A DNA stretch of 64,000 nt from a virus: the IMG/VR virus record IMGVR_UViG_3300017989_000002; one strand, given 5' to 3'. The position numbers and the translations under genes are program-made. The notes beneath the pieces are model-generated. The model worked only from the letters and a program-made list of their open reading frames with translations. It searched no databases and was not told the DNA's origin. This document shows positions 37,653 to 47,259 of the stretch, piece by piece; position 1 is the stretch's first letter; every line of letters starts with the position of its first letter.

Positions 37653-40600
37653 CTACTTGAGCACCGTGTTCGCTCCGACGACCTCGTCGCCGTAGGTGTC
37701 CATCTGCATCTCCTTGCCCACTCCGGTCGACTTGAACGCGGTGAGGAAGGCGTCGACGGCAACCACGAACTCGGTCTGGCGCTTCCAGACGTCGGACTCC
37801 ATGCCCTCCACGGTGGTTCGGCCGCCCTTCCCCGTCCCCGTGCCGTTGTCGTACATGGCGGGCGAGAAGTCGCCGCGTGCCATGAGGTCGCCGACCACCT
37901 GGTCTGCGCTCTTTCCCATCGCCGCCGCGATGTCCTGATCGCTGTACCCGAACTCCTTGAGCTTCGCTGCACGCGTCTTCTCGTCGATGACGCTGTTGAT
38001 GTCGCTGGCCATGCCGAGAGTCCCCAGCTGACCGCCCGAGATGTCGAAGAGGCTCTTCTTCTCCTCCGCGCTGATCCCGCCGGCGGCTACCTGCTTGAGC
38101 ACTCCCTCCCAGGCCGCGACGTACTCCTCGCGCGTGCCCCCGCTCGATGCCTTGCCGAGTGCCCGCACCGCGTCGCCGGCGGCGCCGAACTCGCGGTCGA
38201 TCATCGGGTCGCCGCTGCCCTCCACCCACCTCTGGTAGGCGTTCTTGGTGATGGACTTGCTCTGGTCGGTGAGCCGCTGGTACTCGAGCGACGCGCCGAC
38301 ATCGAACAGGCGTGCGGCGCCGGCCCTGGCCTTCGTGCGGGCATCCCCGGTGAGGGACGAGTAGTGCCCCACCAGCTGCTGGGCCTGGGTCAGGGCCTGC
38401 CCTGTCATCCCGGAGGCCCCGAGGCCCTTCAGCGCCTTCTCCATCGCGTCCTGGTCCAGGTTCTCGGAGAGCGCGACTTCCATCGCCTTCCCGAAGGCTT
38501 CCCTCTGCACGCCGCTCTTCTCGGTGGCGAGCTTGAGCTCGTCAGCGGTGTTCCCGTAGAAATTCCCCGCGACAGGGCTGCCCCAGGCGGAGGCGAGCTT
38601 GTCGAACTCCTCGCCGTAGGCCTTCCTCGCCGCAGCAGAGTCCGTCCGGTAGGCGGTCTTCCTCCCGACCCCGAGCTTGTCGTACTCCTTGCCGTGTGCA
38701 GTTCCGCGCAGCGCGCGCGAGATCGCCCCCTCGTACTGCGCCTTCTCCTCTCCGGGGAGGCGGGAGTAGGCCTCGGGCGTGCTGGGCAGCCCGGCCTTCA
38801 GAGGGTCGTCCTCGAGCGCGTTCACGTAGTCCCACGTCGCGGTGTCCCGCGCGCTGGGCCCTCCGAACCCGAACATCGTCCCGAGGCCGAACGGTCCGGA
38901 CATGCTCATGTCGGTGGTGCGGCTCCGGGCCACCACGTCGTCCAGGCGGTGCGTCGTGGACAGGTTCCGCAGCCCTGCCGCCGCCTGACCGGACACGTCC
39001 CGGCTGTTGCGCCCGAAGCGCGCCTGGAAGTCGAGGTCGGCGACGTTCTTCGGGGCGAACTGGTTGCCCGAGACCTGGGAGTACTCCCTGCCCGACTTGT
39101 CGTAGACGCGTCCCTGGACCGACATCAGGTCCGAGTTCTGCGAGAAGTAGGAGCCTCCGCCCATCACCGAGTCGACCATCGCCTGGTTGCCTGTCACGGC
39201 GTAGTCGCTGTACTCGTCCAGGAACCTCTCGTTCATGCTGGGGGCCGCGAAGAGAGCACGGCTGCGAGCCGTCCCGGCACCTCGAGGGCCCTCGAACATC
39301 GCACCGCGTCGCAGGTAGCCCTGCGACGTGCCGCCCATGCTGACCTCGTTCCTTCCGCTCCACCAGGATCCCCAGGAGGCTGCCTGCTGGTCCATCTCTT
39401 CGCCGACCCGGGCACCCATGTACCGGGCGGGGTCCGAGATGTTGTCCTTCCACGCGCCCTTCGTCCTGGCGATGATGCTGTACTGCTTGGCGACCCGGTC
39501 GAACTCCGCTTCCTGCTGCATGCGCATGGACTCGTTGCGCTGCTCGCGCAGCACGTTGCCCATGTTCAGGCTCTGGTCGAGCAGGAGGCCCGCCTCCTCT
39601 CGGCCGAGGCCCTGGTGCATCAGGCCGCGGATGAGGCCCTTCCGGTCCGTCGACATGCCGAGCTGTCCGCGCTCTGCGCGCGCCGAGTTCACCATCGCCA
39701 TGCCGGCGTACTGCATGAAGTTCTCTTGGGCCTCGCGTCCCCCCGTGGCCTGCAGCGTTCCGAGCCCGCGGTTGACGGCCCGGGTCACGAGCTGCTCTAG
39801 GCTGGAGTTGCCTCCGACGACGCTCGTCAGGCGTCCGACGTCCATCTCCGAGCCCGACCCCATCGCGTTGGCCATCATCATCCGGCCGCGCGCGCCCTTG
39901 AGGAAGCGCATCTGGGCCTGCCCGAGGCGTGCTGCCACTGCCTCGGGGCCTCCGGCCTCCATGACGGCCTCTTCCGAGATGCTGCCGTTCCGCATGCCGA
40001 GGTCGACAGATGCCTGGACGTTCTGCATGAACTCGGCGCCGAAGCGGCCGCGCATGCCGTAGCGTCGTGCGGTCTGGGCACCGTAGGCCCCCATCGCCGC
40101 CACCTGGGAGGGATCGCGTCCGGTCGCCGCCGCCAACGCGCCCTGCTTGAGGGCCTGGGCGCCCACGTCGGCGGCCTGGTAGAAGCCCTGCTGGCGGATC
40201 TGGCTGAAGGTCTGCGTCGCGTCCTCGATGGACGTCTGCATCTCCTTCGCGATGGTCTTGATGGTCGACAGCGCCTTGTCGAACTTCTCCTTGAACTCCT
40301 TCGTGCCCGAGACCGACTTGAAGTAGCCCTGGTCGTCCAGGTAGCGGGTGATCTCGCGCACGGTCCCGCTGTCGGTCCCGAGGCTACGTGCCGCGGACCG
40401 GAACTGCTGCTGCATTCCCACAGCCATACCGTTGGTCGGGTCCACCTGACGTCCGAACATCGAGCCGCTGCGCTGGGCCAGCAGCATCTTCGTGTCCTGG
40501 TACGCCTGCTGACCGTCCCGCATGTTGGACAGATACGAGCTGGCGGCGAAGGCCCCCGCCCCCATGATCGCGCCGACGCCGGTGACGCCCATGGCGCCGC

Positions 40601-41054
40601 CCACCAAGCCACCCATGACGCCGCGCGCGCCCGCGCTTAGCATCCCGGCCCCGACCTGCCTCCCTGCAGCCCACGAGCCTGCCCGGAACCCCGCGCCGCC
40701 CGCCTTCATGACGTACGTGAAGGGGTCGATCGCATCGAGGGCTCGCGCGAACCCGACCATGCCGGGGCGGCCCATCGAGGTGCCGATCCCGCGGAACAGG
40801 GGTGCCGCAGCACCGCCCAGCATGACGCCCGTCCCGATGGCGCCCGGGGCTGTGCTGGTCAAGAAGTTGGCTGCGGCACCGCCGCCTAGCGCGCCGAGCT
40901 GGGCCTGCGACGACCTCTGGTCCGCAGACCGCTGGTTGTTCGGGGCGAAGAAGCCGGCCGAGCCAAGTCCCGCCTGGAAGAAGCCAGGCGTGCTGAAGCC
41001 CATGCCCGGCGCGGGCATGGTAGATCCTGGAGTCGCGTAGCCGCCGTTGTTCAT
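37653..41054 (-). CDS. Tape measure protein
   Basis: 1133 aa, helical, Ala/Gly/Met/Gln-rich with Gly-rich hydrophobic segments; precedes tube initiator and hub. Confidence 0.75.
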   Translation of the reverse strand: MNNGGYATPGSTMPAPGMGFSTPGFFQAGLGSAGFFAPNNQRSADQRSSQAQLGALGGGAAANFLTSTAPGAIGTGVMLGGAAAPLFRGIGTSMGRPGMVGFARALDAIDPFTYVMKAGGAGFRAGSWAAGRQVGAGMLSAGARGVMGGLVGGAMGVTGVGAIMGAGAFAASSYLSNMRDGQQAYQDTKMLLAQRSGSMFGRQVDPTNGMAVGMQQQFRSAARSLGTDSGTVREITRYLDDQGYFKSVSGTKEFKEKFDKALSTIKTIAKEMQTSIEDATQTFSQIRQQGFYQAADVGAQALKQGALAAATGRDPSQVAAMGAYGAQTARRYGMRGRFGAEFMQNVQASVDLGMRNGSISEEAVMEAGGPEAVAARLGQAQMRFLKGARGRMMMANAMGSGSEMDVGRLTSVVGGNSSLEQLVTRAVNRGLGTLQATGGREAQENFMQYAGMAMVNSARAERGQLGMSTDRKGLIRGLMHQGLGREEAGLLLDQSLNMGNVLREQRNESMRMQQEAEFDRVAKQYSIIARTKGAWKDNISDPARYMGARVGEEMDQQAASWGSWWSGRNEVSMGGTSQGYLRRGAMFEGPRGAGTARSRALFAAPSMNERFLDEYSDYAVTGNQAMVDSVMGGGSYFSQNSDLMSVQGRVYDKSGREYSQVSGNQFAPKNVADLDFQARFGRNSRDVSGQAAAGLRNLSTTHRLDDVVARSRTTDMSMSGPFGLGTMFGFGGPSARDTATWDYVNALEDDPLKAGLPSTPEAYSRLPGEEKAQYEGAISRALRGTAHGKEYDKLGVGRKTAYRTDSAAARKAYGEEFDKLASAWGSPVAGNFYGNTADELKLATEKSGVQREAFGKAMEVALSENLDQDAMEKALKGLGASGMTGQALTQAQQLVGHYSSLTGDARTKARAGAARLFDVGASLEYQRLTDQSKSITKNAYQRWVEGSGDPMIDREFGAAGDAVRALGKASSGGTREEYVAAWEGVLKQVAAGGISAEEKKSLFDISGGQLGTLGMASDINSVIDEKTRAAKLKEFGYSDQDIAAAMGKSADQVVGDLMARGDFSPAMYDNGTGTGKGGRTTVEGMESDVWKRQTEFVVAVDAFLTAFKSTGVGKEMQMDTYGDEVVGANTVLK

Positions 41055-41071
41055 GGACGACTACTACCACG

Positions 41072-41284
41072 TCAAGAGGATGGCGGTCCCTTCAGGTCCC
41101 AGTAGAGGAACCCACGCAGCATCTCACGCTCGAAGGGAGCGAGACCTTCCCCGTCCTGGGTCCGCAGGAAGGCGCTGTACGCGTCGAGGTGCGGGTCGAT
41201 GACATCCTTGAGGATCTGCTCAGGGGTCAGGCCTGCGATGTCCGTCGAGGACAACGAGCTTCCCTTGCTTGGGCTCTCCGACAT
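41072..41284 (-). CDS. Small hypothetical protein
   Basis: ORF directly upstream of the tape measure. Confidence 0.5.
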   Translation of the reverse strand: MSESPSKGSSLSSTDIAGLTPEQILKDVIDPHLDAYSAFLRTQDGEGLAPFEREMLRGFLYWDLKGPPSS

Positions 41285-41495
41285 TCAGCTCCTCCAGGTC
41301 GCGTACTTCGGCCTCGCAGGCCCGCTGCTCCTTCTCGAGGAGCGACCGAACGTACCGCGTGTGCTCGTCCGGCACCATCCCATCGCCGACGGGAGAGGGG
41401 ATGGGTTTGCCGTCGAGGTGGGCCAGCAGGTCCTCGATCACCGCCAGACGGTGGATCTGGGTCTCGATGGCGTACTGGGCCTCTCGGACGTTCAC
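41220..41495 (-). CDS. Small helical hypothetical protein
   Basis: GTG overlaps the upstream TGA. Confidence 0.5.
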   Translation of the reverse strand: MNVREAQYAIETQIHRLAVIEDLLAHLDGKPIPSPVGDGMVPDEHTRYVRSLLEKEQRACEAEVRDLEELNVGEPKQGKLVVLDGHRRPDP

Positions 41496-42094
41496 GGCTT
41501 GTCCTTGCGGTTGAAGCGGTACTGCTTGCCCAGCTGACTCCCGAAGGCCTTCTTGTGCTCCGCGGCCCCGACCTTGCCCTTGCGAGCTCCGCCCAGCCAG
41601 GGATCCCACTTGAAGCCCTCGTGCAGCGCCTCGTGCATCTCCTTGATCTTCGCGGCGAAGGTGCCGTCGTTCAGGATCTGGACGACCTTGTCCTTGGGGA
41701 TGACCCACTGGATGCGGAGCAAGGGGACCTTGACCCGGACCTCGCAGTTGTAGTTGTACTTGGTCAGCAGGTGCCGCAGCGCCGACTCGGAGTTGGCCAG
41801 GTAGTTCCCGTTCGTCGAGATGCGGATGGGGTCGCCCTGCTGCTCCTCTGCCACCGCGCCGGACTCGCGCATGCGGTCGTAGTAGGCGCGCATGCGCGCA
41901 TCATCGAATGAGAGGAGGTCCTCGTCTCCGCCGGCCTTGGTTTGGTAGACCCAGATGCCTGCGGCTGGGTTGCCCGTCTCGGGCCCTCGGCCGATCATGA
42001 GGTCGAGGGTGTACAGGGGAGCCAGCGAGTCCGCGGCGGCCTTGTCGATCTCGTCCATGAGCTTGGACTTGTAGGTGGTGATGCCGAACGCCAT
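41492..42094 (-). CDS. Hypothetical protein
   Basis: Typical codon usage. Confidence 0.65.
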   Translation of the reverse strand: MAFGITTYKSKLMDEIDKAAADSLAPLYTLDLMIGRGPETGNPAAGIWVYQTKAGGDEDLLSFDDARMRAYYDRMRESGAVAEEQQGDPIRISTNGNYLANSESALRHLLTKYNYNCEVRVKVPLLRIQWVIPKDKVVQILNDGTFAAKIKEMHEALHEGFKWDPWLGGARKGKVGAAEHKKAFGSQLGKQYRFNRKDKP

Positions 42095-42108
42095 CAGGAG
42101 ATCCTCCG

Positions 42109-42519
42109 CTACTCACGTAGCGTGCATGTGGGGAAGGTGCAGAGCGTGCAGAACTTCTCGCTGAAGTCCTCGATGTCCATGCCGGTGCGGTTGCACTGTG
42201 CCAGGTACACGTCTGGCTCGGGCCACTTCCGCTGCTCCAGGAGGCGCAGCATCAAGGCGAGCTCGTGAGCGACCGCCTTCCGGACGAGAGGGATGTCTCG
42301 GCCATCAGGCCACCGGATGAGGCGCTTGTGCTGCGTGACGGGGCCGAAGCAGTCGTCGCGCGGCTTGCGCAGCGAGACCGTGAGAACGAGCTTGCGGCTC
42401 CTCCTCACGTACTCGGCCTTCGCCTCGAGGAGGCGGAATCCGTGCCGTGGGTGAAGCGCTATCGTCTGCACGTCCCACTGACGCCTCCAAGACGCCCGCC
42501 CGCGCCCGGTGCTCCGCAT
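42109..42519 (-). CDS. Hypothetical protein with C-terminal Cys cluster
   Basis: C..CTLCTFPTC; ATG overlaps the upstream stop. Confidence 0.55.
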   Translation of the reverse strand: MRSTGRGRASWRRQWDVQTIALHPRHGFRLLEAKAEYVRRSRKLVLTVSLRKPRDDCFGPVTQHKRLIRWPDGRDIPLVRKAVAHELALMLRLLEQRKWPEPDVYLAQCNRTGMDIEDFSEKFCTLCTFPTCTLRE

Positions 42520-42764
42520 CAGTGGGTCTCGCCGCACCTCGTGCAGTACCGCGCGACGCCGTCCGTGAGCACTCGCTCCGGACCAGCGCCGCAGGGACAC
42601 CCGCACCTGGCGCGCGCGACACCAGGGCGAGGTCCGCCCTGGTCGTGCAGACGAAGCGCAGACACACGCTCCTGGAGCCGAGCCCACCACGCCTCCACCG
42701 GACGGAGGTCCAGGAGAACGCTACCCCCTACGGGGCCGCCGGCGATGGTGAGCTGGACGTCCAT
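42519..42764 (-). CDS. Small Zn-ribbon protein
   Basis: CPCG..CTRCG. Confidence 0.55.
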   Translation of the reverse strand: MDVQLTIAGGPVGGSVLLDLRPVEAWWARLQERVSALRLHDQGGPRPGVARARCGCPCGAGPERVLTDGVARYCTRCGETH

Positions 42765-43807
42765 CAGTCCTCGACCTCCGGATCGCCGTAGCCCGCGGGG
42801 TCGATGGGCTGGCCGTCATCCACGTCGGCGCTGTCGTCGCCGACGTTGAAGCCGAGCTGCCGAAGCCGCTCCGGGCCGAGAGAGGCCAGGGCCGCCTCGA
42901 ACTGCGCGGGATCGATGTCCGCAAGCGTGGCCTTGAGCTGGTCCACGGGGTGGACCTCGGGAGCGACGGTGTCGGCGTAGGGTCCCAGGTGCTCGTCGTC
43001 GTAGTTGTCGAAGCCGGCGGCGAAGCCCGCCTCGGCGTCGCCAACATCAGAGAACTCCTCACCGAACGGGACCTCCTCGACGGGAGCGCCGAAGTCGGCC
43101 GTGACGCCGTGGTCGAGCTGGTCCCCGAACGCCTCCTCCTCGGGCTCCGGCTCGGCGACGTACTCGTACTGCGGACGGACGCCGCGGAGCTCCGGGGGGA
43201 TGGGGAACAGGGACTGGCCGTGCATGTCCTTGAGGGCGACGCCGCACTGGTCGAAGACTGCGATGGGGTCCCCACCGACGCCGATCTCGCGGAGGGCGAG
43301 CATGAGGACGTTCACCGAGTTGGTGATGCCAGCACGCCACATGGACTCCTTGTCCTTCGGGTTGCCCATGCTCTTCGGCAGCGAGTAGGACGCGCCGTCG
43401 GACGAGACGAAGACGAAGGCGTCGGGGGTCGGGCCCTGGCGATGACTCAGGGGACCTGCGACGACGCGGGGCACAGGCGAGCCGGGAGCGATGGGCTGTC
43501 CAGTGTCGACCGAGCGAGCCTGCCCGGTGTCGACCAGGTGCTGCGCATCGTCCGTGCGGCGGCTGCGCCGGGCGGCCGGGTGGGCTCCCCGCATGAGCGC
43601 GCGCGCCTCCTCCGGCCGGTCCTGGCTCATGAGCATCTCGTACTGGACCTTGCGCTGATCCGACCGAAGCAGGCGCTTGGACTTCTTCGGCGGAGCAGGA
43701 GTCGGGCCCCGCCGCCCCCGGCTACCGTCGAGGACCAGAGGGTTGCCTCCGCCGATCAGCGAGACTCCGGCCTGCCGGGGCAGACCTCCGAACTTCTTCT
43801 CCGCCAT
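42764..43807 (-). CDS. Hypothetical protein, basic N-terminus and acidic disordered C-terminus
   Basis: GGGAGAG RBS before ATG 43807. Confidence 0.6.
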   Translation of the reverse strand: MAEKKFGGLPRQAGVSLIGGGNPLVLDGSRGRRGPTPAPPKKSKRLLRSDQRKVQYEMLMSQDRPEEARALMRGAHPAARRSRRTDDAQHLVDTGQARSVDTGQPIAPGSPVPRVVAGPLSHRQGPTPDAFVFVSSDGASYSLPKSMGNPKDKESMWRAGITNSVNVLMLALREIGVGGDPIAVFDQCGVALKDMHGQSLFPIPPELRGVRPQYEYVAEPEPEEEAFGDQLDHGVTADFGAPVEEVPFGEEFSDVGDAEAGFAAGFDNYDDEHLGPYADTVAPEVHPVDQLKATLADIDPAQFEAALASLGPERLRQLGFNVGDDSADVDDGQPIDPAGYGDPEVED

Positions 43808-43817
43808 TGCGCTCTCC

Positions 43818-44045
43818 CTACGTGAACTGGATGCCGAGCGCGGGAACCGAGCTCGTGGGTGGGTCGACCCGGCTCTTGCGGTAGGCCTCCACGGCCTCCG
43901 CATCGAACCGACGGTGACCGGCACCTCTGCCGCCGGGCGTGCGCATCACCGGCCCCAGCTCACCCGCGTCGGCCAAGCGGCGGACGGTGGTCGGGCTGAG
44001 CTCGAGGATGCTGCTCACGTCTTTGACGGAAAGGTGGTCGGCCAT
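43818..44045 (-). CDS. Excisionase/BldC-like MerR-type HTH DNA-binding protein
   Basis: LSVKDVSSILELSPTTVRRLADAGEL..RTPGG..HRRF. Confidence 0.85.
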   Translation of the reverse strand: MADHLSVKDVSSILELSPTTVRRLADAGELGPVMRTPGGRGAGHRRFDAEAVEAYRKSRVDPPTSSVPALGIQFT

Positions 44046-44075
44046 GGAGCCTGTATGCCCCACTCCTACCGAGGC

Positions 44076-44081
44076 TGTCAA
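44076..44081 (-). promoter_or_regulatory. Consensus sigma-70 -35 box (TTGACA) upstream of the HTH gene
   Basis: TTGACA, 18 nt, CATACA, then ATG 44045; the -10 is weak. Confidence 0.45.
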
Positions 44082-44115
44082 GCCGTTGGTAGGTTTGGTA
44101 AGGCTGGAAAGTTCA

Positions 44116-44125
44116 GTCGCATAAG
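44116..44125 (+). promoter_or_regulatory. GTCGCATAAG motif, copy 2
   Basis: 42 nt upstream of ATG 44168, at the strand switch. Confidence 0.65.
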
Positions 44126-44167
44126 GAGTTGGAGCGGAGAACCTCCGACAGAATCCTGGAGAAACCC

Positions 44168-45223
44168 ATGTTTTCGATTGAGCCGACCGACCCACAGTAC
44201 GCTGACGGACGAGATCCTCGCTGGCCCGACCCTGGTACCTGGCACTTCGTGAAGGACCTCATGGCCGCGGTGTGGGACATCAACGTGGAGGAGTTCCCGA
44301 ACCACGTCGTCCCCATCACCATCGTCTCCACCCTGGAGTGGGTCCAGCTGAACGCGGTCTGGATCTTGCGCAACACCGGCATCTACCAGACGGACGAGCC
44401 CTACTCGTTCGTCTTCGAGTACGACCAGTCCGAGCTGAGCCCCGACGACATCGAGCTGTTCCGGGACGCGCCGGAACGCAACCAGTTCGACGCGCGCATC
44501 AACGACCCGGGCCTCTCCGCGCGCGAGCAGGAGGAGGCCCTCGGCTACGTCCGGGAGTCGGGCTTCTACATGTGGGAGAAGGGGATGACGCGCGAGCAGG
44601 CGTCTTCCCAGTCCTTCACGCCACCCGGCTGGGTCATCGAGCGGGTGCTGTGGTGCACGCTCATGTGGGTGCTGTCCAAGAACGGGCGGGACTGGCTGTA
44701 CTGCCTCCACCCCATCGTCTCGTCCACCTACGACTACGGCGTGGCGTACCTGTACACGGAGTCCAACGAGCTGCTGGAGCCCTCGCGGGTGACCGTCATC
44801 GACCGCAAGCCGCACTCCTGCCGCGTCTGCGAGGAGACCCTCTGGTGCGTCCGAGGCGCGCTGCTCGACAACAGGTGGCTGTACGTGTGCGTGAACTGCC
44901 TCATCGGCCTCTGGGAGCAAGACCCGGACAAGACGCAGGACTACCGGGACAAGCGCATCCTCAAGCCGCCGTGCACGCACCTGACGGGCATCAACAAGAA
45001 CCACGTCGGCACCTGCACGGCGACGTGCCCTCACTCCGGCCTCAACCCCGAGATCGTGTGGGAACTCATGGAGGAGGACGCCAACAAGCGCGTCCAAGCG
45101 CGCGTGGCCGAGACCAAGCGCATGGGGCGGAACCCCGCACAGCGAGGCGGCGTCACCCTGGACAACCTCATCGACTACTTCGAGGGCACCGCCCTCCCCG
45201 ACCATGAAGGAGGGACATCGTGA
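44168..45223 (+). CDS. Hypothetical protein with multiple Zn-binding motifs
   Basis: CRVC, CVNC, CTH, CTATCPH; GGAG RBS. Confidence 0.65.
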   Translation: MFSIEPTDPQYADGRDPRWPDPGTWHFVKDLMAAVWDINVEEFPNHVVPITIVSTLEWVQLNAVWILRNTGIYQTDEPYSFVFEYDQSELSPDDIELFRDAPERNQFDARINDPGLSAREQEEALGYVRESGFYMWEKGMTREQASSQSFTPPGWVIERVLWCTLMWVLSKNGRDWLYCLHPIVSSTYDYGVAYLYTESNELLEPSRVTVIDRKPHSCRVCEETLWCVRGALLDNRWLYVCVNCLIGLWEQDPDKTQDYRDKRILKPPCTHLTGINKNHVGTCTATCPHSGLNPEIVWELMEEDANKRVQARVAETKRMGRNPAQRGGVTLDNLIDYFEGTALPDHEGGTS

Positions 45224-45558
45224 GCTGGATCAACGACCTGAAGGAGCGTCTCGACGAGGCGCTCCCCGGTCTCGCCGTCGGGCGGGACGTGGACACCATC
45301 TACGTCGAGTACGTGAAGAAGCCAGCGCTCGAGGAGAGGCGCATCCTCTCCATCGACGTCGGGGGGCCGACCGTCGTCGTGCGCGGCCCCCCACGGCAGC
45401 AGTCGTTCATGAGGACGCCGGGCGAGATCGAGGAGGCGTTCGCCTACGCGCTGCGGTCGGTTCTGGACCGTCTCCACGAGAGGCGGCGCATGCACCACCA
45501 GGCGTCGGTCGAGCTCCGGCGGCTCATCGTCCTGCAGGAGCCTACCGAGGAGGCTTGA
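45220..45558 (+). CDS. Hypothetical protein
   Basis: GTGA coupling; GGAGG RBS. Confidence 0.6.
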   Translation: MSWINDLKERLDEALPGLAVGRDVDTIYVEYVKKPALEERRILSIDVGGPTVVVRGPPRQQSFMRTPGEIEEAFAYALRSVLDRLHERRRMHHQASVELRRLIVLQEPTEEA

Positions 45559-46468
45559 AGCCCGGCACCTTGCGGAGGGCGTTGCAGATCTCCCACGTGG
45601 GGTCCGTGGTGTCGAGGCTGGGCAGGCCGTACGTCGAGGCGTACTTCTCGAGCGCAGCATCGAGTCCCTTCCGCGTCCCGTCACCGAGGACGCCGTCGAT
45701 GCGGAGGCGGTACAGGCCCATCCGCTTGAGGTGGGACTGGACGCACTTCCATCGCCGCTCGGTCTCGAACTCCATATCCAGGAGGTCGGGGCTGACGTGG
45801 GGAGCGAACGCCTTGTAGTCCGCGGCGAGCGCATCCCACATCGGCTGGAACGCCGGACCAGGGTCGGACTTCCGTCCAGGAGCCGAGTGCTCGTGTCCGA
45901 TGATGCACTCGGGCAAGATCTGGTGCGCGGCCACGTCGGCGCGCTGCAGCTGCATCAGCGTGGTGAGCTGGTGCGGCGTGTACCCTGCCCACAGGTACTT
46001 CCGGTGACTCGACCGGTGGTCTGGGTAGCGGCCCATCGGCTCCGAGATGCCGACGTAGACCTTCCGCCTGTCTCCGGTCTTCCGGTCCTTGTAGGACTCC
46101 ACCCGGTAGGCGGTGAGGGGCCTCCCCTTCTGCGACTTGTCGACGTACCACCCCTTGGTGTCGGTGCCTTCGGGGATGGGCAGGCCGTAGCCGACGTTGA
46201 CGACCTCGTACCCGATGGAGTCGTCGTTGATGTCGACCGACCCAGCAAAGGTCCCGTCCCCCGCGTGCCAGGCCGTGTGCTCGTCCCCGACGTGACGCCA
46301 GAGGTCGCCGTTGAGGTCGATGGTCCCGTGCGCACTGACCCCGCGCCTCTGGAGGACGTTGTAGGTCTTCGAGGCCGTGAAGGTCGCGCCGTAGTGGAAG
46401 ACGATCAACCAAGGCTTGCCGTTCCTGTTCCGCCGGAAGTGCGTGCAGGGCTTGTCCAAGACATTCAC
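45542..46468 (-). CDS. Endolysin: N-acetylmuramoyl-L-alanine amidase (Amidase_2) with C-terminal peptidoglycan-binding domain
   Basis: IVFHY, VSAH, AWHAG-like TAWHAG, N..SIGYE, GHEH..RKSDPG; C-terminal VQSHL..IDGVLG.GT; GTG start chosen from RBS. Confidence 0.88.
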   Translation of the reverse strand: MNVLDKPCTHFRRNRNGKPWLIVFHYGATFTASKTYNVLQRRGVSAHGTIDLNGDLWRHVGDEHTAWHAGDGTFAGSVDINDDSIGYEVVNVGYGLPIPEGTDTKGWYVDKSQKGRPLTAYRVESYKDRKTGDRRKVYVGISEPMGRYPDHRSSHRKYLWAGYTPHQLTTLMQLQRADVAAHQILPECIIGHEHSAPGRKSDPGPAFQPMWDALAADYKAFAPHVSPDLLDMEFETERRWKCVQSHLKRMGLYRLRIDGVLGDGTRKGLDAALEKYASTYGLPSLDTTDPTWEICNALRKVPGFKPPR

Positions 46469-46480
46469 GAGGAGCTCCAG

Positions 46481-46804
46481 ATGCCACGAGATACCCACGT
46501 ACTACCACAGCAGGGAGTCGAGCGCCTTGTGCTCGAAGCGCTGCTTGCGGCGGGCCTTCGCGACGATGCCGCCGCCCTGCTGGCCCACGCCCTGTCGAAC
46601 GGGGAGCGCGTCCAGAAGCTCCTGGCGTCCTGGACGGACTGGGCGACCACCAACTGCCTGTCCTGCGCGCACTCGCCCATCTCGTGCCCGTACTTCGGTG
46701 CGGCGTCGAACCTGGGCGAGTTCCACGCCGTCAGTGCCAGCATCGAGACGCAGGTCTTCAGGTGCCCGTCATACCAGCCGGAGGACGGAACTCCGCCTTC
46801 GTGA
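46481..46804 (+). CDS. Small Cys-rich hypothetical protein
   Basis: GAGGAG RBS; CLSC..CP..CP. Confidence 0.5.
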   Translation: MPRDTHVLPQQGVERLVLEALLAAGLRDDAAALLAHALSNGERVQKLLASWTDWATTNCLSCAHSPISCPYFGAASNLGEFHAVSASIETQVFRCPSYQPEDGTPPS

Positions 46805-47210
46805 CCCTGCCGGTCGCCGGCGTGATCTCGCGGTCCTGTGCCGTGAACACGCCCTTCACGATGACGAGCGGAACGGTGCGGACCCACCCGTCCTCCCCTC
46901 GGTCGACGGACTCGGGGAACAGGACCAGCGTGTACGCCTGGTCCGCCAGCCCGCCTTGGTCCACCAGGGCGTTCTCCTTCAGGGCGAGCGACCGCGCTGC
47001 CGCTGCGGGAGTCTTGCTCGTGACCTGGAGGGCGGTGACCGGCAGCACCTTCTTGGCCTTGCCGGCCCACGCCGCCGTCGACAGGTCGAGCCCCCGGGCT
47101 GACCCCCTCAGCTGGAGGACCGGCTTGCCGTCCTTCAGGTCCGGCACCGACATGTAGATGACGTGCGCCGAGAGCGCGCGCAGCTTGCTGCAGACCGACA
47201 CGAACACCAC
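46758..47210 (-). CDS. Hypothetical protein
   Basis: GGAGG RBS then GTG; start uncertain (alternative ATG 47153). Confidence 0.5.
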   Translation of the reverse strand: MVFVSVCSKLRALSAHVIYMSVPDLKDGKPVLQLRGSARGLDLSTAAWAGKAKKVLPVTALQVTSKTPAAAARSLALKENALVDQGGLADQAYTLVLFPESVDRGEDGWVRTVPLVIVKGVFTAQDREITPATGRVTKAEFRPPAGMTGT

Positions 47211-47229
47211 GAACCACCTCCCGGAACCC

Positions 47230-47239
47230 GTCGCATAAG
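47230..47239 (+). promoter_or_regulatory. GTCGCATAAG motif, copy 3
   Basis: 20 nt upstream of ATG 47260 with GAGGAG RBS between. Confidence 0.7.
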
Positions 47240-47259
47240 AGCCTGACGAGGAGACCTTC

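Noticed and set aside
6243-39800. Very long antisense/alternate-frame ORFs (e.g. 6243..8360+, 17895..20030+, 29905..32553+, 34280..36577+, 37533..39800+)
   Set aside because: Shadow ORFs expected in high-GC DNA opposite real genes; the translations are Arg/Gly/Val/His-rich and lack motifs or RBS.
9599-41054. Bacterial eCIS/T6SS/tailocin locus
   Set aside because: Flanked by phage replication, nucleotide metabolism, sigma and lysis genes, with no host housekeeping genes.
41072-41495. Tail-assembly-chaperone programmed frameshift upstream of the tape measure
   Set aside because: The ORFs overlap by 65 nt, but joining them needs a +1/-2 shift and no canonical X XXY YYZ heptamer was seen; the downstream ORF has its own ATG.
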